A DNA stretch of 64,000 nt from Longimicrobiales bacterium (lineage in GTDB: Bacteria; Gemmatimonadota; Gemmatimonadetes; Longimicrobiales; Gaopeijiaceae), in the NCBI GenBank assembly GCA_965116905.1, contig OZ220732.1, positions 768,001 through 832,000 of the forward strand. The letters are read 5' to 3'. Made by a program: the position numbers and the translations under genes. Shown here piece by piece: positions 40,001 to 49,481 of the stretch; positions within the stretch are counted from its first letter, which is position 1, and every line of letters begins with the position of its first letter. A model generated the notes under the pieces. That model did no database searches, was not told where the DNA came from, and saw only the letters and a program-made list of their open reading frames with translations.

Positions 40001-41496
40001 ATCGTGCGGTGGAGGCGTCCGGGTCCTTCCTCTTCGGAGCCCTCGGTCACGCCGTTGATGGCGAGCGAGGTGCCCAAGAGGCGGATGACGTCCTGCGAAG
40101 TGACCACCAAAGGCTTGCCGCGAGCGACCTCCCGATCTTCCCCGAGGGATATCAGCTGACTGGTGACGCCCGCGGGAGCCCGGTCTTCGTGTATCCCCAG
40201 CACGATGACCCGGTAGTCCGACAGCATCCCCGCGTTGACCGCCTTGGAGAAGGACAGCGTGTGGAGTTCTGGGCCGTACACGTCCAGGTCGCCCATGTCG
40301 ACCGTCTCGATGCCCTTGGTCTTGAGCGCAGTGCGCGACGAGGCCGTGTAGATCCGCGGGGTAGCGGTCATGTAGAGGCGCTTGGACGATTGCAGCGTAT
40401 CACCGTGCACTGCCCGAAAGCCGCTTAGCTCCTTCGTCTTTCCGTTCTTCGATTCCACAGTGGTGACGCCGGTGGTGCGGTGCGCCTCGTCCATCAACGC
40501 CAAGTCGAAAGCGGGCGCGCCATGTGTCGCTTGAGCAGCCATCACGTGGCGTAGCGACTGGTAGGTGGAGAAGACCACGCGGGTGCGTTCGCCCTCGGGA
40601 TTCGTCAGCATCGCCGCGAGCGCCTTCGCGTCCGACGTGACCGCGCACTCAAGCTCGGACAGCCCGATGTCGTTCCTGGACTCGCCCCTGCCGCCCGCCG
40701 TGTAGTCTGAACAGACCACGCGGCTGTCGAGCTTCCTCGTCGTGTGCCGGAGCCATTCGCGCCGCGCCTGGGATACCAGCGCGATCGATGGCGCGACGAA
40801 GAGAATCCGTCCCCCATTAGGCACCATCCGCTCGGCGATCCGCAGCGAGGTGAACGTCTTGCCGGTCCCGCAGGCCATGATCAGGCGTCCGCGGTCGTGG
40901 TTGGCAAGCCCTTCAACTACGTCTTCGATGGCCTCAGCCTGGAGCGGCCAAGGATCTCGCACCGGCCGGGTCGCGACCTCCTCGGCAATGGCGTCATCCC
41001 CGTGCCGCTGGAAGTCGATCCGCCGGACTGCCGGAGTCAGCGCCTCGATCTGCACCTCGGCGGTCTTGGTCCACGGACACGTCGCGACGATCCACCGCAT
41101 GGCAAAGACCGGCCTGTTCCCGCCTCCTCCAATCTGCGACGAGGCCAAAAAGGAGTCGATGTGGCCCTTGCCCACGCGCGCCTTCGCATCGTAGCACTTG
41201 CATTGGATGGCGATCCAGCTGCCGTCGGCGTGCTCCGCCACCAAATCGATGCCGATGTCGTTCCCGCCGAGCCCGGTCACCTCCACCCGCTCCGGCCAAT
41301 CCGCCCAGCGGTGCACCTGGACGACCTCGTACTCGGGGTTCTCCATGAGCACACGGCAGACCAAGTTCTCGAACCAGCGGCCCTTCTCGGATTCGTCGCG
41401 GCTCTGGCGGCGAATCCGATCAAGGACATCGCTGACGGTGGTCTCTCCCGCTCGGAGGCCGAGGGGGAGTTGGTAACCGCGCGGTTCGCCCTTCAC
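37045..41496 (-). CDS. Type ISP-like single-chain RM enzyme (Mrr-like nuclease, SF2 helicase, N6-adenine MTase, TRD)
   Basis: GIDL...IQCK, MACGTGKT, DEAH, QAVGRVMR, DPACGTG, NPPF. Confidence 0.9.
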   Translation of the reverse strand: MKGEPRGYQLPLGLRAGETTVSDVLDRIRRQSRDESEKGRWFENLVCRVLMENPEYEVVQVHRWADWPERVEVTGLGGNDIGIDLVAEHADGSWIAIQCKCYDAKARVGKGHIDSFLASSQIGGGGNRPVFAMRWIVATCPWTKTAEVQIEALTPAVRRIDFQRHGDDAIAEEVATRPVRDPWPLQAEAIEDVVEGLANHDRGRLIMACGTGKTFTSLRIAERMVPNGGRILFVAPSIALVSQARREWLRHTTRKLDSRVVCSDYTAGGRGESRNDIGLSELECAVTSDAKALAAMLTNPEGERTRVVFSTYQSLRHVMAAQATHGAPAFDLALMDEAHRTTGVTTVESKNGKTKELSGFRAVHGDTLQSSKRLYMTATPRIYTASSRTALKTKGIETVDMGDLDVYGPELHTLSFSKAVNAGMLSDYRVIVLGIHEDRAPAGVTSQLISLGEDREVARGKPLVVTSQDVIRLLGTSLAINGVTEGSEEEGPGRLHRTIAFSNSIARSSFYAEGMKLPELRRITTRRLRKDDADAEASLPVNAQHLDASDSALTRNQALRDLAKADVQKVARVLFNVGLFTEGVDVPSLDAIVFMEPRQSQVDIVQAVGRVMRKSPGKRLGYIVVPIPIEPGADLVSALAAGTDGYRAVGKVLRALQSHDGRLAEDPARFVRAYDGPDPPPVGPDPPEPVTQPDLKLADVSQGVYAHVVAASGLGKPGLQVSQDIEHAVRAAARLFLEGELAGDVASALGLPSEAGDRNICTIAALLLANACLLHRRLGEVPTMEGIAKLNQVGGADKPAVVLRAAWEAILKRDYAPVFEPPLAVLDVIPDRRWAGHALRILAECANRVADSLSALGYDHAGPLYHRILPDATAYGAFYTNNLSALMLARLALGPDLRDWSDPEEVSRLRIMDPACGTGTLLMAALHVIKKRVEEAGADDDNGHGLDDSDKLHRLLVENVLCGLDVNRTAVQLAACNLTLGAPTVDYRRMNLLTLKHGPQPDGSVRAGSLDILGATDREDSLHTLIRPLRTMAGLAAHHVDSAADAEYPLKDLDLVLMNPPFTNNKQRNRQFGRDTVRRMQEHELRIRDSVEQSDDEVLGVINSNSVSTYFSPLADRLLGGQGILAKVVPSTGCTGPAGVAERRFLARRFHIERIVTSHDPRHINFSDNTSIHECLLVARRWHGNTRPPTQFVSLRRMPSTPEEAVAAADAILAGEPTKWARVTEWPSDRVEAGDWTPVQWFNGALADVVRQVEASPRLQPLGSDHAVGPAGQRIQDAYKVAEPDARGSLPGYHSVSSKLRRKVREEPDVGYVPRPGKEGLAERYAGQRSRLLVAMRMNTVTGRVNALWATSPAFGWWVPVAVDCDRQGQALAAWWNSTPVRLMLLNRRAKTLTYPTWQLHHLREVRVPTPDNPAWDALADAWQQVRDVELLPMREAERCEARRVLDEAAAAALDVSAETVAGWRSMLATEPTVTNRRAGTEA

Positions 41497-41543
41497 CTCA
41501 GGTTACTCCCGAGCCAGCGGGCAGGTCGAACAGGAGGGTCACC

Positions 41544-42179
41544 CTACGCGATCTCGAACAGACTACGGAACCACAGTACGAACCTCCGGGCGGCGTCGCT
41601 GTCGTCGCGAAGATAGTGGGCTTTGATAGCCAAACCGTAAGGACGACCCGGCTCTTCCTGCCAAGCCAGCCAAGTGTGGAGGACTGCTTTCTTGGCGGAG
41701 ACCAAAGGGAACAGCGCGCCCAGCTCTTGGGCCGTACTGGTCGAGTCCTCAGCATGAGGAAGTAGCTGATCCTCGCCGTCGATAAGGTCTTCCAGAAAAT
41801 CCTCCAATGCACCGGTGCGCCGATTGTCCGGCATGAGCCACACCCCAACACGCGTGCCGAACTCGCTGGACTCGCCTATGAAGCCGCCTGTTGGAATCTT
41901 GCGTGGAGCCTCAACACCCACGCTTTGCAGCCGCGAGCGCACCCCATTCCAGGTGGCCTTTAGATCGGCATTCGCATCCAGAACGAAGGCCAGCGATCTT
42001 CCGGTTCCCGCGCGAATGGAAACCGTTATCGCACGGAGAACCCCTGACTTGCCCTTCGCATCCACGAGTTCCGGGATGGACTGCGAGTCGACTCCTTGTC
42101 GGAGAAGTAGCTGGCCGATCACATGCTCGTCGTCCTTGCCCTCCAGGTACGCCGCATTGCCCGTCGCGAATTCAACCAT
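41544..42179 (-). CDS. DUF3226-like (TOPRIM-like) protein
   Basis: LEGKDD, VLDAN, WLMPDN..TGALEDFL, KA..H.WLAWQ.EPG. Confidence 0.8.
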   Translation of the reverse strand: MVEFATGNAAYLEGKDDEHVIGQLLLRQGVDSQSIPELVDAKGKSGVLRAITVSIRAGTGRSLAFVLDANADLKATWNGVRSRLQSVGVEAPRKIPTGGFIGESSEFGTRVGVWLMPDNRRTGALEDFLEDLIDGEDQLLPHAEDSTSTAQELGALFPLVSAKKAVLHTWLAWQEEPGRPYGLAIKAHYLRDDSDAARRFVLWFRSLFEIA

Positions 42180-43258
42180 CAGCGCATTTCGATGCTCAAG
42201 TCAGCCGCTGTAACAATGGCCTCCGGATCAAAACTCACGCTGCTGTCGAGTTGTCGCTCGATCTTCTGAACCGACACCACTTCGGCGAGATCCTGACGGG
42301 CCCTAAGCAGGGCCGCCAAGCCATTGATGCAGTCCAAGCTGTGAGTAGTTGCGAATACTTGAATTGAGGATGCTAGCGCCGCATCAACGACGAGTTTCCA
42401 CATTTCCTCCATTACGGTCCAATGCAGGCCGGTGTCAATTTCGTCGATCAGAAGAAACCCGTCTGCGGAACGCACCAAGGACAAAGCGAGCGCGAGAAGT
42501 CGCCGCATCCCGTCGCCGTAGCTCCCGATTGGAGCACGGGGAGAACCTGCCTGGAAGCCCAAGACGATGCCCCCCGTGCGCCCCGCGCCCTCGCCAGTCA
42601 GGAAGTGGATCGAATCAAGGTCCGCTTGGAGGATCCTCATTGCACTGACTACCTCAGACTCACGGCCTGCGACGAGAACCTGATCCCACAGATCAGCCAT
42701 TTCACGGGGGCGCAACGACTCGGCCGTAACGAATTGGATGGGAAGCGACTTCAGCCGCCATGGCCGACCTTCCCGATGCCTCAGCGCCGCTGGCGGCCAG
42801 TCCAGGGAGCCGTCTTCCCTCAGGGGCAGCTTAAGGTGCTCATGTCCTTTTCCGCGTTGGATTAGCAACGCCAAGGGGTGAAGATCGGCTGTGGGCAGGT
42901 CAAACAGGTCATGGGATTCATCCGCCCACCCTTCCACGATTTGAATTGCTACACGTCCAAGACCCTCGGCAGAAGACACGCTCAGGCGGCTACCGAGTCC
43001 GATCCTGTGGCCGCGGAACTGGTGATAGACGGGGTACCGCAACTTGCGACCGCCCGAGGTAACGTGGGATTCGCTCCGTCGCCTCATAGGCGCGACCACA
43101 GCGGTAGGATCGCCGCGAGACGCGAGCAACTCGACGGCCTCCAAGACAGAGGTCTTCCCACAATTGTTGGCGCCTACCAACAGGTTGACCTTCGCCAGGT
43201 CGCGGAGTTCGTACTCCTTGAAGCTGCGGTAGTTTTCCAATCTGAGCGTACGGATCAT
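42179..43258 (-). CDS. ABC-type (AAA_15/AAA_21) ATPase
   Basis: GANNCGKTS, YGDGMRR, LLIDEID.GLH, TTHS. Confidence 0.9.
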   Translation of the reverse strand: MIRTLRLENYRSFKEYELRDLAKVNLLVGANNCGKTSVLEAVELLASRGDPTAVVAPMRRRSESHVTSGGRKLRYPVYHQFRGHRIGLGSRLSVSSAEGLGRVAIQIVEGWADESHDLFDLPTADLHPLALLIQRGKGHEHLKLPLREDGSLDWPPAALRHREGRPWRLKSLPIQFVTAESLRPREMADLWDQVLVAGRESEVVSAMRILQADLDSIHFLTGEGAGRTGGIVLGFQAGSPRAPIGSYGDGMRRLLALALSLVRSADGFLLIDEIDTGLHWTVMEEMWKLVVDAALASSIQVFATTHSLDCINGLAALLRARQDLAEVVSVQKIERQLDSSVSFDPEAIVTAADLSIEMR

Positions 43259-43367
43259 CCCCCATAGCCCCTGTGCGCTGGAACAGGCCACCGACTGGGT
43301 AGTCGATGCTCGGCTACCAAGGTGCCATTGTGGCCGATTCGTCGCCAGTTTCAAGCCGCATCCACCC

Positions 43368-43486
43368 CAACCCTAACGTTACGTCAGGATCCCATTCAAT
43401 CTCCTCGACGACCGGAGCGTCTCCCCCAACTCCCCCACCACCTGATCCCCCCTCCCCCCTCAACCCTAACGTAACGTCAGGGTCCC
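43368..43486. repeat. Two 26-bp direct repeats with a palindromic core
   Basis: caaccctaacgttacgtcaggatccc (43368) and caaccctaacgtaacgtcagggtccc (43461), 24/26 identical. Confidence 0.75.
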
Positions 43487-43615
43487 CAACCGACTCTCCC
43501 ATAGCCACCCTGGGCGCCTCCACCACGATCTCCTCCACCCCCATCCCCCTCAACACGGCCTCGACCTCACGCCGCTCTCCCACCCCACGCTCACCGCCAC
43601 CCCCCGCGACCTCGC

Positions 43616-46600
43616 TCACGACACCATACCCCCATCTCCCCCCGGCACGATTTCGTCCTGTCCGAGCTCCCTCAACCTCGCATTCACCTCTGCCAGTTCT
43701 TCGCTCCACACCCCCTCCAGCTCCCCCACCAACCCCCTCAACCTCTCCACCATGATCTCGAACACGGCGTACATCCCGCTCCCGGGCCGCCCATCCCCGC
43801 GCTCCGACATCGACAGCAGGTTGGCCAGGCGGTTGTTCACCTTGATCGGGAAGTTCAGGGGGTCCTGGTTCGACCGGTTCCGCACCTGGTAGATCTCGCC
43901 CTCCACGGCCGACGCCGCCCTCCGCAAGCGCTCCGCCGCCTCGATCAGCGTTTTATCATCGGTCGCCTCCGCCAGGCGCTCCTCCAGCTGCGCCTTCACG
44001 TCGCGGATCGCGATCACGGCCCGGTTGGCCTCGTCGACCTTGTCCCGGATCCGGACCCCGAACTCGTACTGGGCCTGCAGGTCCTCGACCGTGACGTCGG
44101 TGATCCAGGGGTGCGGCACGACCACCACCTGGGACCGGCTCACGTGGTCGCCCATCGTCAGGCGCACCGTGTACACCCCCGGCGGCACCGCGGGCGCCAT
44201 CGTGCGCACGCCCCAGAGGATCATGCCGGGGAACGTCGTCGCCGGATCCGTGCGCAGATCCCACCGCAGTCGCTGCAGCCCGGATCCGGTGGGGAGCGCC
44301 GGTCCGGCCCACCGGTCCCGCTCCACGCCCTCTTCCGCAGGCTCGAAGGTGCGCACCACATCGCCGGTGGCGTCGATGATTTCCAGCCTGGCATCGGCCG
44401 CGCTCCCACCCCCATCTCCCACCCACCACGACAGCACCACGCCATTCGCGGACCGGTACGCCAGGGCCGGGGTGAACAGGACCAGGTCGCGGAGGGTCGT
44501 GGTCGCGTCGAGCTGGCGCAGCGGGGCGATGTTGTCGAGCGACCAGAAGCCGCGGCCGTGGCTGGCCATGGCCAGTTCGTCGTGCTCGGGGATCACGTCG
44601 GTGATGGGGATGTCGGGAAGGCCGGGGTTGAGCTCCTGCCACCACTCGCCGTCATCGAACGAGATGTAGACGCCATGGTTGGTTCCGGCATAGAGCAGGC
44701 CCTCGCGGGCGGGGTCCCCGCGGATCGAATTGACGTAGGCGTCGTCGCGCATGCCGTTCGTGATCCGGGTCCACGTCTGGCCGAAGTCGTCCGTCTTCCA
44801 GATGTGCGGGCGGAAGTCGTCGAGCAGGGCGAGGCGGGCGGACACGTAGGCTTTTGCGTCGTCGAAGGACGAGGCGTCGATCAGGCTGACGCGGCCGAAG
44901 TCGGGCATGTCGGGGGGCGTCACGTCGGTCCAGTTGGCGCCGCCGTCGGTGGTTACGTGCACGAGCCCGTCGTCCGATCCGGTCCAGATGATGTCGGTGT
45001 CGCGCTTGCCCGGCCCGACCGAGAAGATGGTCGCGTAGACCTCGGGGCCGTTCATGTCGCCGGTGATGGGGCCGCCGGAGTGGCCGAGCGTCATGGGGTC
45101 GGCGCGGGTCAGATCGGGGCTCAGCGCCTCCCAGTTGGTGCCGCCGTCGGTGGTGCGCCAGAGCCGGTTGGACGAGGCGTACAGGATATTCGGATCGACG
45201 GGCGAGAAAATGATCGGAAAGGTCCATTGCCAGCGCTCGACCATGTCGCTGGCGGGCTCGCCGGAGTAGAACCAGGGGTAGGGATTGACCTCGCGCGAGG
45301 TGCCCAGGCGCCGGTTGAACCTGTCGATGTAGCGGCCGTTGTTGGTGCCCGAGAAGAAGACGTCGAGGTCCTTCGGATCGGGCGCGATGTAGCCGGGCTC
45401 GCCGCCGCCGGCCCGGTAGTGGGCGTCCATCGAGCCGGCGGTGATCGCGGGGGCGCGGGCGGCTGTGGGGACTCCGTTGTGGTCGTGGGCGTCGGAGGGG
45501 TCGCGGTCGGTGGCGTCGGCGGGGTCGGCGGCGGCGGCGTCGGCCGCGTCGTCGTCGGCGTCCCCGTTGTCCATTGCCGCGGCCCAGGCCTGCTCGAAGC
45601 GCCCGGCGTTCCAGTCGGACGGCAGGCAGAGGGTGCTGTTGTCCTGCTGCGAGCCGCAGATGTGCCACGGGATGTGCGCGGTCGTGACGCCGTGGTAGAA
45701 CTGCGCGGTGGAAAACTCCTGGTCGGTCCACTCGCTGCCGGTGGTGAAGCTGACCGCGCCGCCGCCGTCGTTGGCGACCACGACGTGCGCGGGGTCGTCG
45801 GGATCGATCCAGAAGTCGTGGAAGTCGCCGTGGGTGCCGTTGTTGATGACTTCGTACGTCGCGCCGCCGTCGGTCGAGCGGAAGAACGACGTGTTCTGCA
45901 CGTAGACGACGTCCTCGTCGTGATGGTCGGCGAACACGTGCGTGTAGTAGAACGCGCGCTGCCGGATCCGCCGCTCGTCGTTGATGAGCTCCCAGGTGTC
46001 GCCCCCGTCGTCGCTCCGGAAGAGCCCGCCGTCGTCGTGCTCGAAGAGGGCGTAGACGCGGTTGGAATTCGCGGTCGACACCGCCAGGCCGATCTTGCCG
46101 ACGACGCCTTCCTGCGGCATGCCCGGGTTGCGGGTGATCTCGGTCCACGTGTCCCCGCCGTCGACCGATTTGAACATGCCGCTGCCCGGCCCGCCGGAGG
46201 ACATCGTATACTCCTTGCGGAAGGCCTCCCACATCGCCGCGTAGATCACGTCCGGGTTGTTGCGGTCGATCGCGATGTCGATCGCGCCGGTCCGCTCGTC
46301 GCGGAAGAGGATTTTCGTCCAGGTGTCGCCGCCGTCGGTGGAGCGGAAGACGCCGCGTTCCTCGCTGGGCACCCCGTATTTCCCGAACGACGCGACGTAG
46401 ACAATGGCCGGATCGGTCGGATGGATCCGGATCGTGGAGATGCCGTGCGACTCGGAAAAGCCGACGTGCTCCCAGGTGGCCCCGGCGTCGCGGCTGCGGT
46501 AGACCCCGTCGCCCGGCAGGATGTTGCCCCGGATGCACGTCTCGCCCATGCCGATGAAGACGAGGTCGGGGTCGGTTTCGGCCACCGCCACCGCGCCCAC

Positions 46601-46948
46601 CGACGCCGAGCTGACCTGGAAGTCCGTGACCGGGAACCAGTCCTCGCCGCCGTTGGTGGTCTTCCACAGGCCGCCGCCCGTGGCGCCGAAGTAGGCTTCC
46701 TGCGGGCGGCCGACGACGCCGGAGGTGGCGATGGAGCGGCCGCCGCGGTCGGGCCCGAGGTTGCGCCAGGAGTAGCTGGCGAGGAAGGCGGAGTCGAGGG
46801 TGATTTGCTGGGCGGCGAGTGGGTGCGGGCCGGCGAGGGCGGACACCCAGCCCGCCGAGCGAGTGATCAGCGTTTCATCATCGACGGGCGGCGCAATGGC
46901 CAGAAGGGTCGCGGCGAGAGCGATCGGCTTGAAGGAAGGGCGTGTCAC
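43616..46948 (-). CDS. Secreted VPS10/sortilin-like BNR-repeat glycosyl hydrolase-like protein
   Basis: WRNLGPDRGGRS and many S.DGG.TW Asp-box repeats; signal peptide. Confidence 0.9.
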   Translation of the reverse strand: MTRPSFKPIALAATLLAIAPPVDDETLITRSAGWVSALAGPHPLAAQQITLDSAFLASYSWRNLGPDRGGRSIATSGVVGRPQEAYFGATGGGLWKTTNGGEDWFPVTDFQVSSASVGAVAVAETDPDLVFIGMGETCIRGNILPGDGVYRSRDAGATWEHVGFSESHGISTIRIHPTDPAIVYVASFGKYGVPSEERGVFRSTDGGDTWTKILFRDERTGAIDIAIDRNNPDVIYAAMWEAFRKEYTMSSGGPGSGMFKSVDGGDTWTEITRNPGMPQEGVVGKIGLAVSTANSNRVYALFEHDDGGLFRSDDGGDTWELINDERRIRQRAFYYTHVFADHHDEDVVYVQNTSFFRSTDGGATYEVINNGTHGDFHDFWIDPDDPAHVVVANDGGGAVSFTTGSEWTDQEFSTAQFYHGVTTAHIPWHICGSQQDNSTLCLPSDWNAGRFEQAWAAAMDNGDADDDAADAAAADPADATDRDPSDAHDHNGVPTAARAPAITAGSMDAHYRAGGGEPGYIAPDPKDLDVFFSGTNNGRYIDRFNRRLGTSREVNPYPWFYSGEPASDMVERWQWTFPIIFSPVDPNILYASSNRLWRTTDGGTNWEALSPDLTRADPMTLGHSGGPITGDMNGPEVYATIFSVGPGKRDTDIIWTGSDDGLVHVTTDGGANWTDVTPPDMPDFGRVSLIDASSFDDAKAYVSARLALLDDFRPHIWKTDDFGQTWTRITNGMRDDAYVNSIRGDPAREGLLYAGTNHGVYISFDDGEWWQELNPGLPDIPITDVIPEHDELAMASHGRGFWSLDNIAPLRQLDATTTLRDLVLFTPALAYRSANGVVLSWWVGDGGGSAADARLEIIDATGDVVRTFEPAEEGVERDRWAGPALPTGSGLQRLRWDLRTDPATTFPGMILWGVRTMAPAVPPGVYTVRLTMGDHVSRSQVVVVPHPWITDVTVEDLQAQYEFGVRIRDKVDEANRAVIAIRDVKAQLEERLAEATDDKTLIEAAERLRRAASAVEGEIYQVRNRSNQDPLNFPIKVNNRLANLLSMSERGDGRPGSGMYAVFEIMVERLRGLVGELEGVWSEELAEVNARLRELGQDEIVPGGDGGMVS

Positions 46949-47152
46949 GGGGGCTGCGTCCTGTGGGGTGGGAGCGTGAGGGGCGGGGTCAAGCTATGGG
47001 AGGGGCGGAGGGGGGGACAAGGAAGCGGCCACGATGACCAGCGTTCGTTTGCCCCTTTCTGCCCGATTTGGGTACTCTTTGATCATGATTGAGCCCCTCT
47101 ACCCCACTGACGGAGCACTCCTCTCGACGAGACCCGCGCACTCCAGTTCTCA

Positions 47153-47980
47153 ATGAGCCACACGCACGCCGGATCACGAGGTATTCGGGACTTCCCGGCC
47201 TACACCTTCCTCGAGGCCGCTCGCTACCTCGGTATTCCCCCCGCGACTCTCAGGTATTGGGTGCTTGGGAGAAGCTCCGGCCACGGCAATGAGTCCGCAG
47301 GTCTTCAGCCCCTCATCAGGGCTCCCGCCACCAATCGGCTTTCCTTCAACAACCTTGTGGAAGCCCACGTCCTTCGTGCGCTACGCACCGTTCACCTGGT
47401 CAAGATGGCAGCGGTACGGGACGCCTTGGCGTACGCCGAGCAATCTCTCGGGATTGAGCGCCTCCTGCTCCGAGACGAACTTCGGACGTCCGGCCAGGAA
47501 GTCCTTCTTGAGCGACTCGGCGAGTTGATTTCCTTGACCAGGTCCGGACAGCTTGCGATACGTCGCATTCTGGCGGCGTACCTGAAGCGCGTGGAGCGGG
47601 ATGAGAGCGCGCTTCCTCTCAGGCTCTTTCCTCTTCCGCCCGGTTCGTCCTACACCACCAAGACCATTGTCATCGATCCGCTGGTCTCCTTTGGGCGGCC
47701 GACCGTCGCGGGTTCTGGCATCTCGACGGAAGCACTCATTCCCCGGATTGACGCTGGCGAGACGGTCGCTGCCCTTGCGAAGGACTATGGCCTCCGGCCT
47801 GCTCAGATTCACGATGCCGTGCTCTACGAAAGAGCAGCTCGAGCAGAGTCTTCTTCATTGACAGGGATCTGGGGCGCCACATCCTGCCGGAGGCCCTTGA
47901 GCTCGCGGGCTTTGCGATTGAACGGCACGACCTGCACTTCGAACCCGACACTCCTGACGAAGTGTGGATTCCGCAGGTAG
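47153..47980 (+). CDS. DUF433 / VapB45-like antitoxin with read-through C-terminus (natural end ~47842)
   Basis: YTFLEAARYL, LSFNNLVEAHVL, IDP.VSFGRP.V.G, GET...LA.DYGL. Confidence 0.8.
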   Translation: MSHTHAGSRGIRDFPAYTFLEAARYLGIPPATLRYWVLGRSSGHGNESAGLQPLIRAPATNRLSFNNLVEAHVLRALRTVHLVKMAAVRDALAYAEQSLGIERLLLRDELRTSGQEVLLERLGELISLTRSGQLAIRRILAAYLKRVERDESALPLRLFPLPPGSSYTTKTIVIDPLVSFGRPTVAGSGISTEALIPRIDAGETVAALAKDYGLRPAQIHDAVLYERAARAESSSLTGIWGATSCRRPLSSRALRLNGTTCTSNPTLLTKCGFRR

Positions 47981-48033
47981 CCCAGCGAGGTTGGGTAATC
48001 GTTTCCGGAGACCGAAGGATCCTCCGACGGCCC
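47839..48033 (+). pseudogene. VapC45-like PIN toxin remnant (start lost, truncated)
   Basis: Frame reads FFIDRDLG...HFEPDTPDEVWIPQVAQRGWVIVSGDRRI. Confidence 0.75.
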
Positions 48034-48108
48034 CTGGTATCGCAAGGGAAGCCCGGCAGAGTCCAGCCCAAGGCACTCAGGAAGCCCGGGTGTCAACCGC
48101 CTCGGTAG

Positions 48109-49284
48109 TCAGCTTTCCACCAACCGATAAACCGCCACCGTCGGCACATCCATTTCCCCGCGCTGGCCGAGAAGCACCCAGTCCGGACCCGCGTCGAGGA
48201 CGGTCGAACCGGTCGGCATTGTGACGCGGCGAATCCACATGCCATCCGCGTCCAGCAGGTGCAGTTCCTGCTCCGATGACCGCCAGCCGTAGGTCGTCAC
48301 CCACATGCTGCCGTCCGGCAACGTCAGGAGAGCTTCGTAAGCCGGAAACTGCTCCGGCAGCCCATCCCTGATACCGGGCCACCGCTGCCTCTCGAAGCGT
48401 CTGCGGTCCTCGGGATCATCGTAGCGCGCCAGCCAGGCGTCCCGGTAGCTGTTCAGGCGCTCGCGCGTGACCGCCAGATCCGGCCCGCCCCAGCGCGCGA
48501 TGCGGGTCACGTCGCCGGTCCAGTCCATGTGTTCGAGTTCGTAGTCGTCGGCCGACCCATGCCAGACACCGGTCGGCGCGACCGCGAACACCATGCTCCG
48601 TCCCCACGTTCTGGGACCGTCGCCGCCGCCAGTCCGAGTGCGCTCCGTCCCCGCGATCCCGGAACGCAGGGCGACCTGCCCGCCGTCCCGCGCCAAACGC
48701 AGCTCCATTCGCCAGCGGTGATGCTCACCCGCGGCCACGGTCAGGTCGAATTCCGGCCACGGCGTGAAAACCAAATCCCCGTCAGACGTGCATGCGGGCT
48801 CGTTGTAGGAACTCACTCCTTCCGCGGTGAGCGACCGCGTGTCCGTCACTTCCCCGTCCTGATCCAGCTGGGTGATCCGGTCCAGATGCCAGTCGAAGAC
48901 CGTAACCGCCGCTCCCGGACAGTCCCGCAGCAGCCGGAGTCCCCCGTATTCCCCAGGCCCCTCGCCATGCCGTCCGCTGGTCCACATGTGCCGACCGCGC
49001 GAGTCGAACCTGCGGACATTGTAGCTCTGCTCGTCCACGACAACGACGCTCCCGTCGTCCAGGCGGACCGCACCGGTCACGTCGCCGAAGATGTACTCGA
49101 GATCCCCATCGATGCTGCCGATCCGCACCAGCGGCTCGTCCGCCAGAGTCAGGTCGGGGTCGCGCGGGCCGTCGCTCTCGACGACGGTCTGAAACGCGAA
49201 CGGGCCGGCCGACACGGCGAGGGCGGGGCTGGCGGCGAGGAGCAGCGCGGTGCTAGCGATGGCCGGGAACAAGCTGTTGCGCAT
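48109..49284 (-). CDS. Secreted 6-bladed beta-propeller protein
   Basis: Signal peptide; GRHGEGPGEY motif. Confidence 0.8.
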   Translation of the reverse strand: MRNSLFPAIASTALLLAASPALAVSAGPFAFQTVVESDGPRDPDLTLADEPLVRIGSIDGDLEYIFGDVTGAVRLDDGSVVVVDEQSYNVRRFDSRGRHMWTSGRHGEGPGEYGGLRLLRDCPGAAVTVFDWHLDRITQLDQDGEVTDTRSLTAEGVSSYNEPACTSDGDLVFTPWPEFDLTVAAGEHHRWRMELRLARDGGQVALRSGIAGTERTRTGGGDGPRTWGRSMVFAVAPTGVWHGSADDYELEHMDWTGDVTRIARWGGPDLAVTRERLNSYRDAWLARYDDPEDRRRFERQRWPGIRDGLPEQFPAYEALLTLPDGSMWVTTYGWRSSEQELHLLDADGMWIRRVTMPTGSTVLDAGPDWVLLGQRGEMDVPTVAVYRLVES

Positions 49285-49481
49285 GGGTCGTTTCTTCCAG
49301 AAGCGGATCTCAACCTTCTCACGACTTGGACACGGACGCCAGCCGGACGGTTGCTCACCCAACGCAACCGTCTTCGTCCAGTGCAATGTCGTATGGTACA
49401 GGTACAGCCGTGTCCGAGCGTTAGTACAGCTTACGGAACAAACTGAACTACGAGCACGACGCCACCTGCAAGGGGGGATGC

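Noticed and set aside
44111..47092. 993-aa + strand ORF and 671-aa alternative-frame ORF
   Set aside because: Antisense/frame shadows of the GC-rich VPS10-like gene; no motifs.
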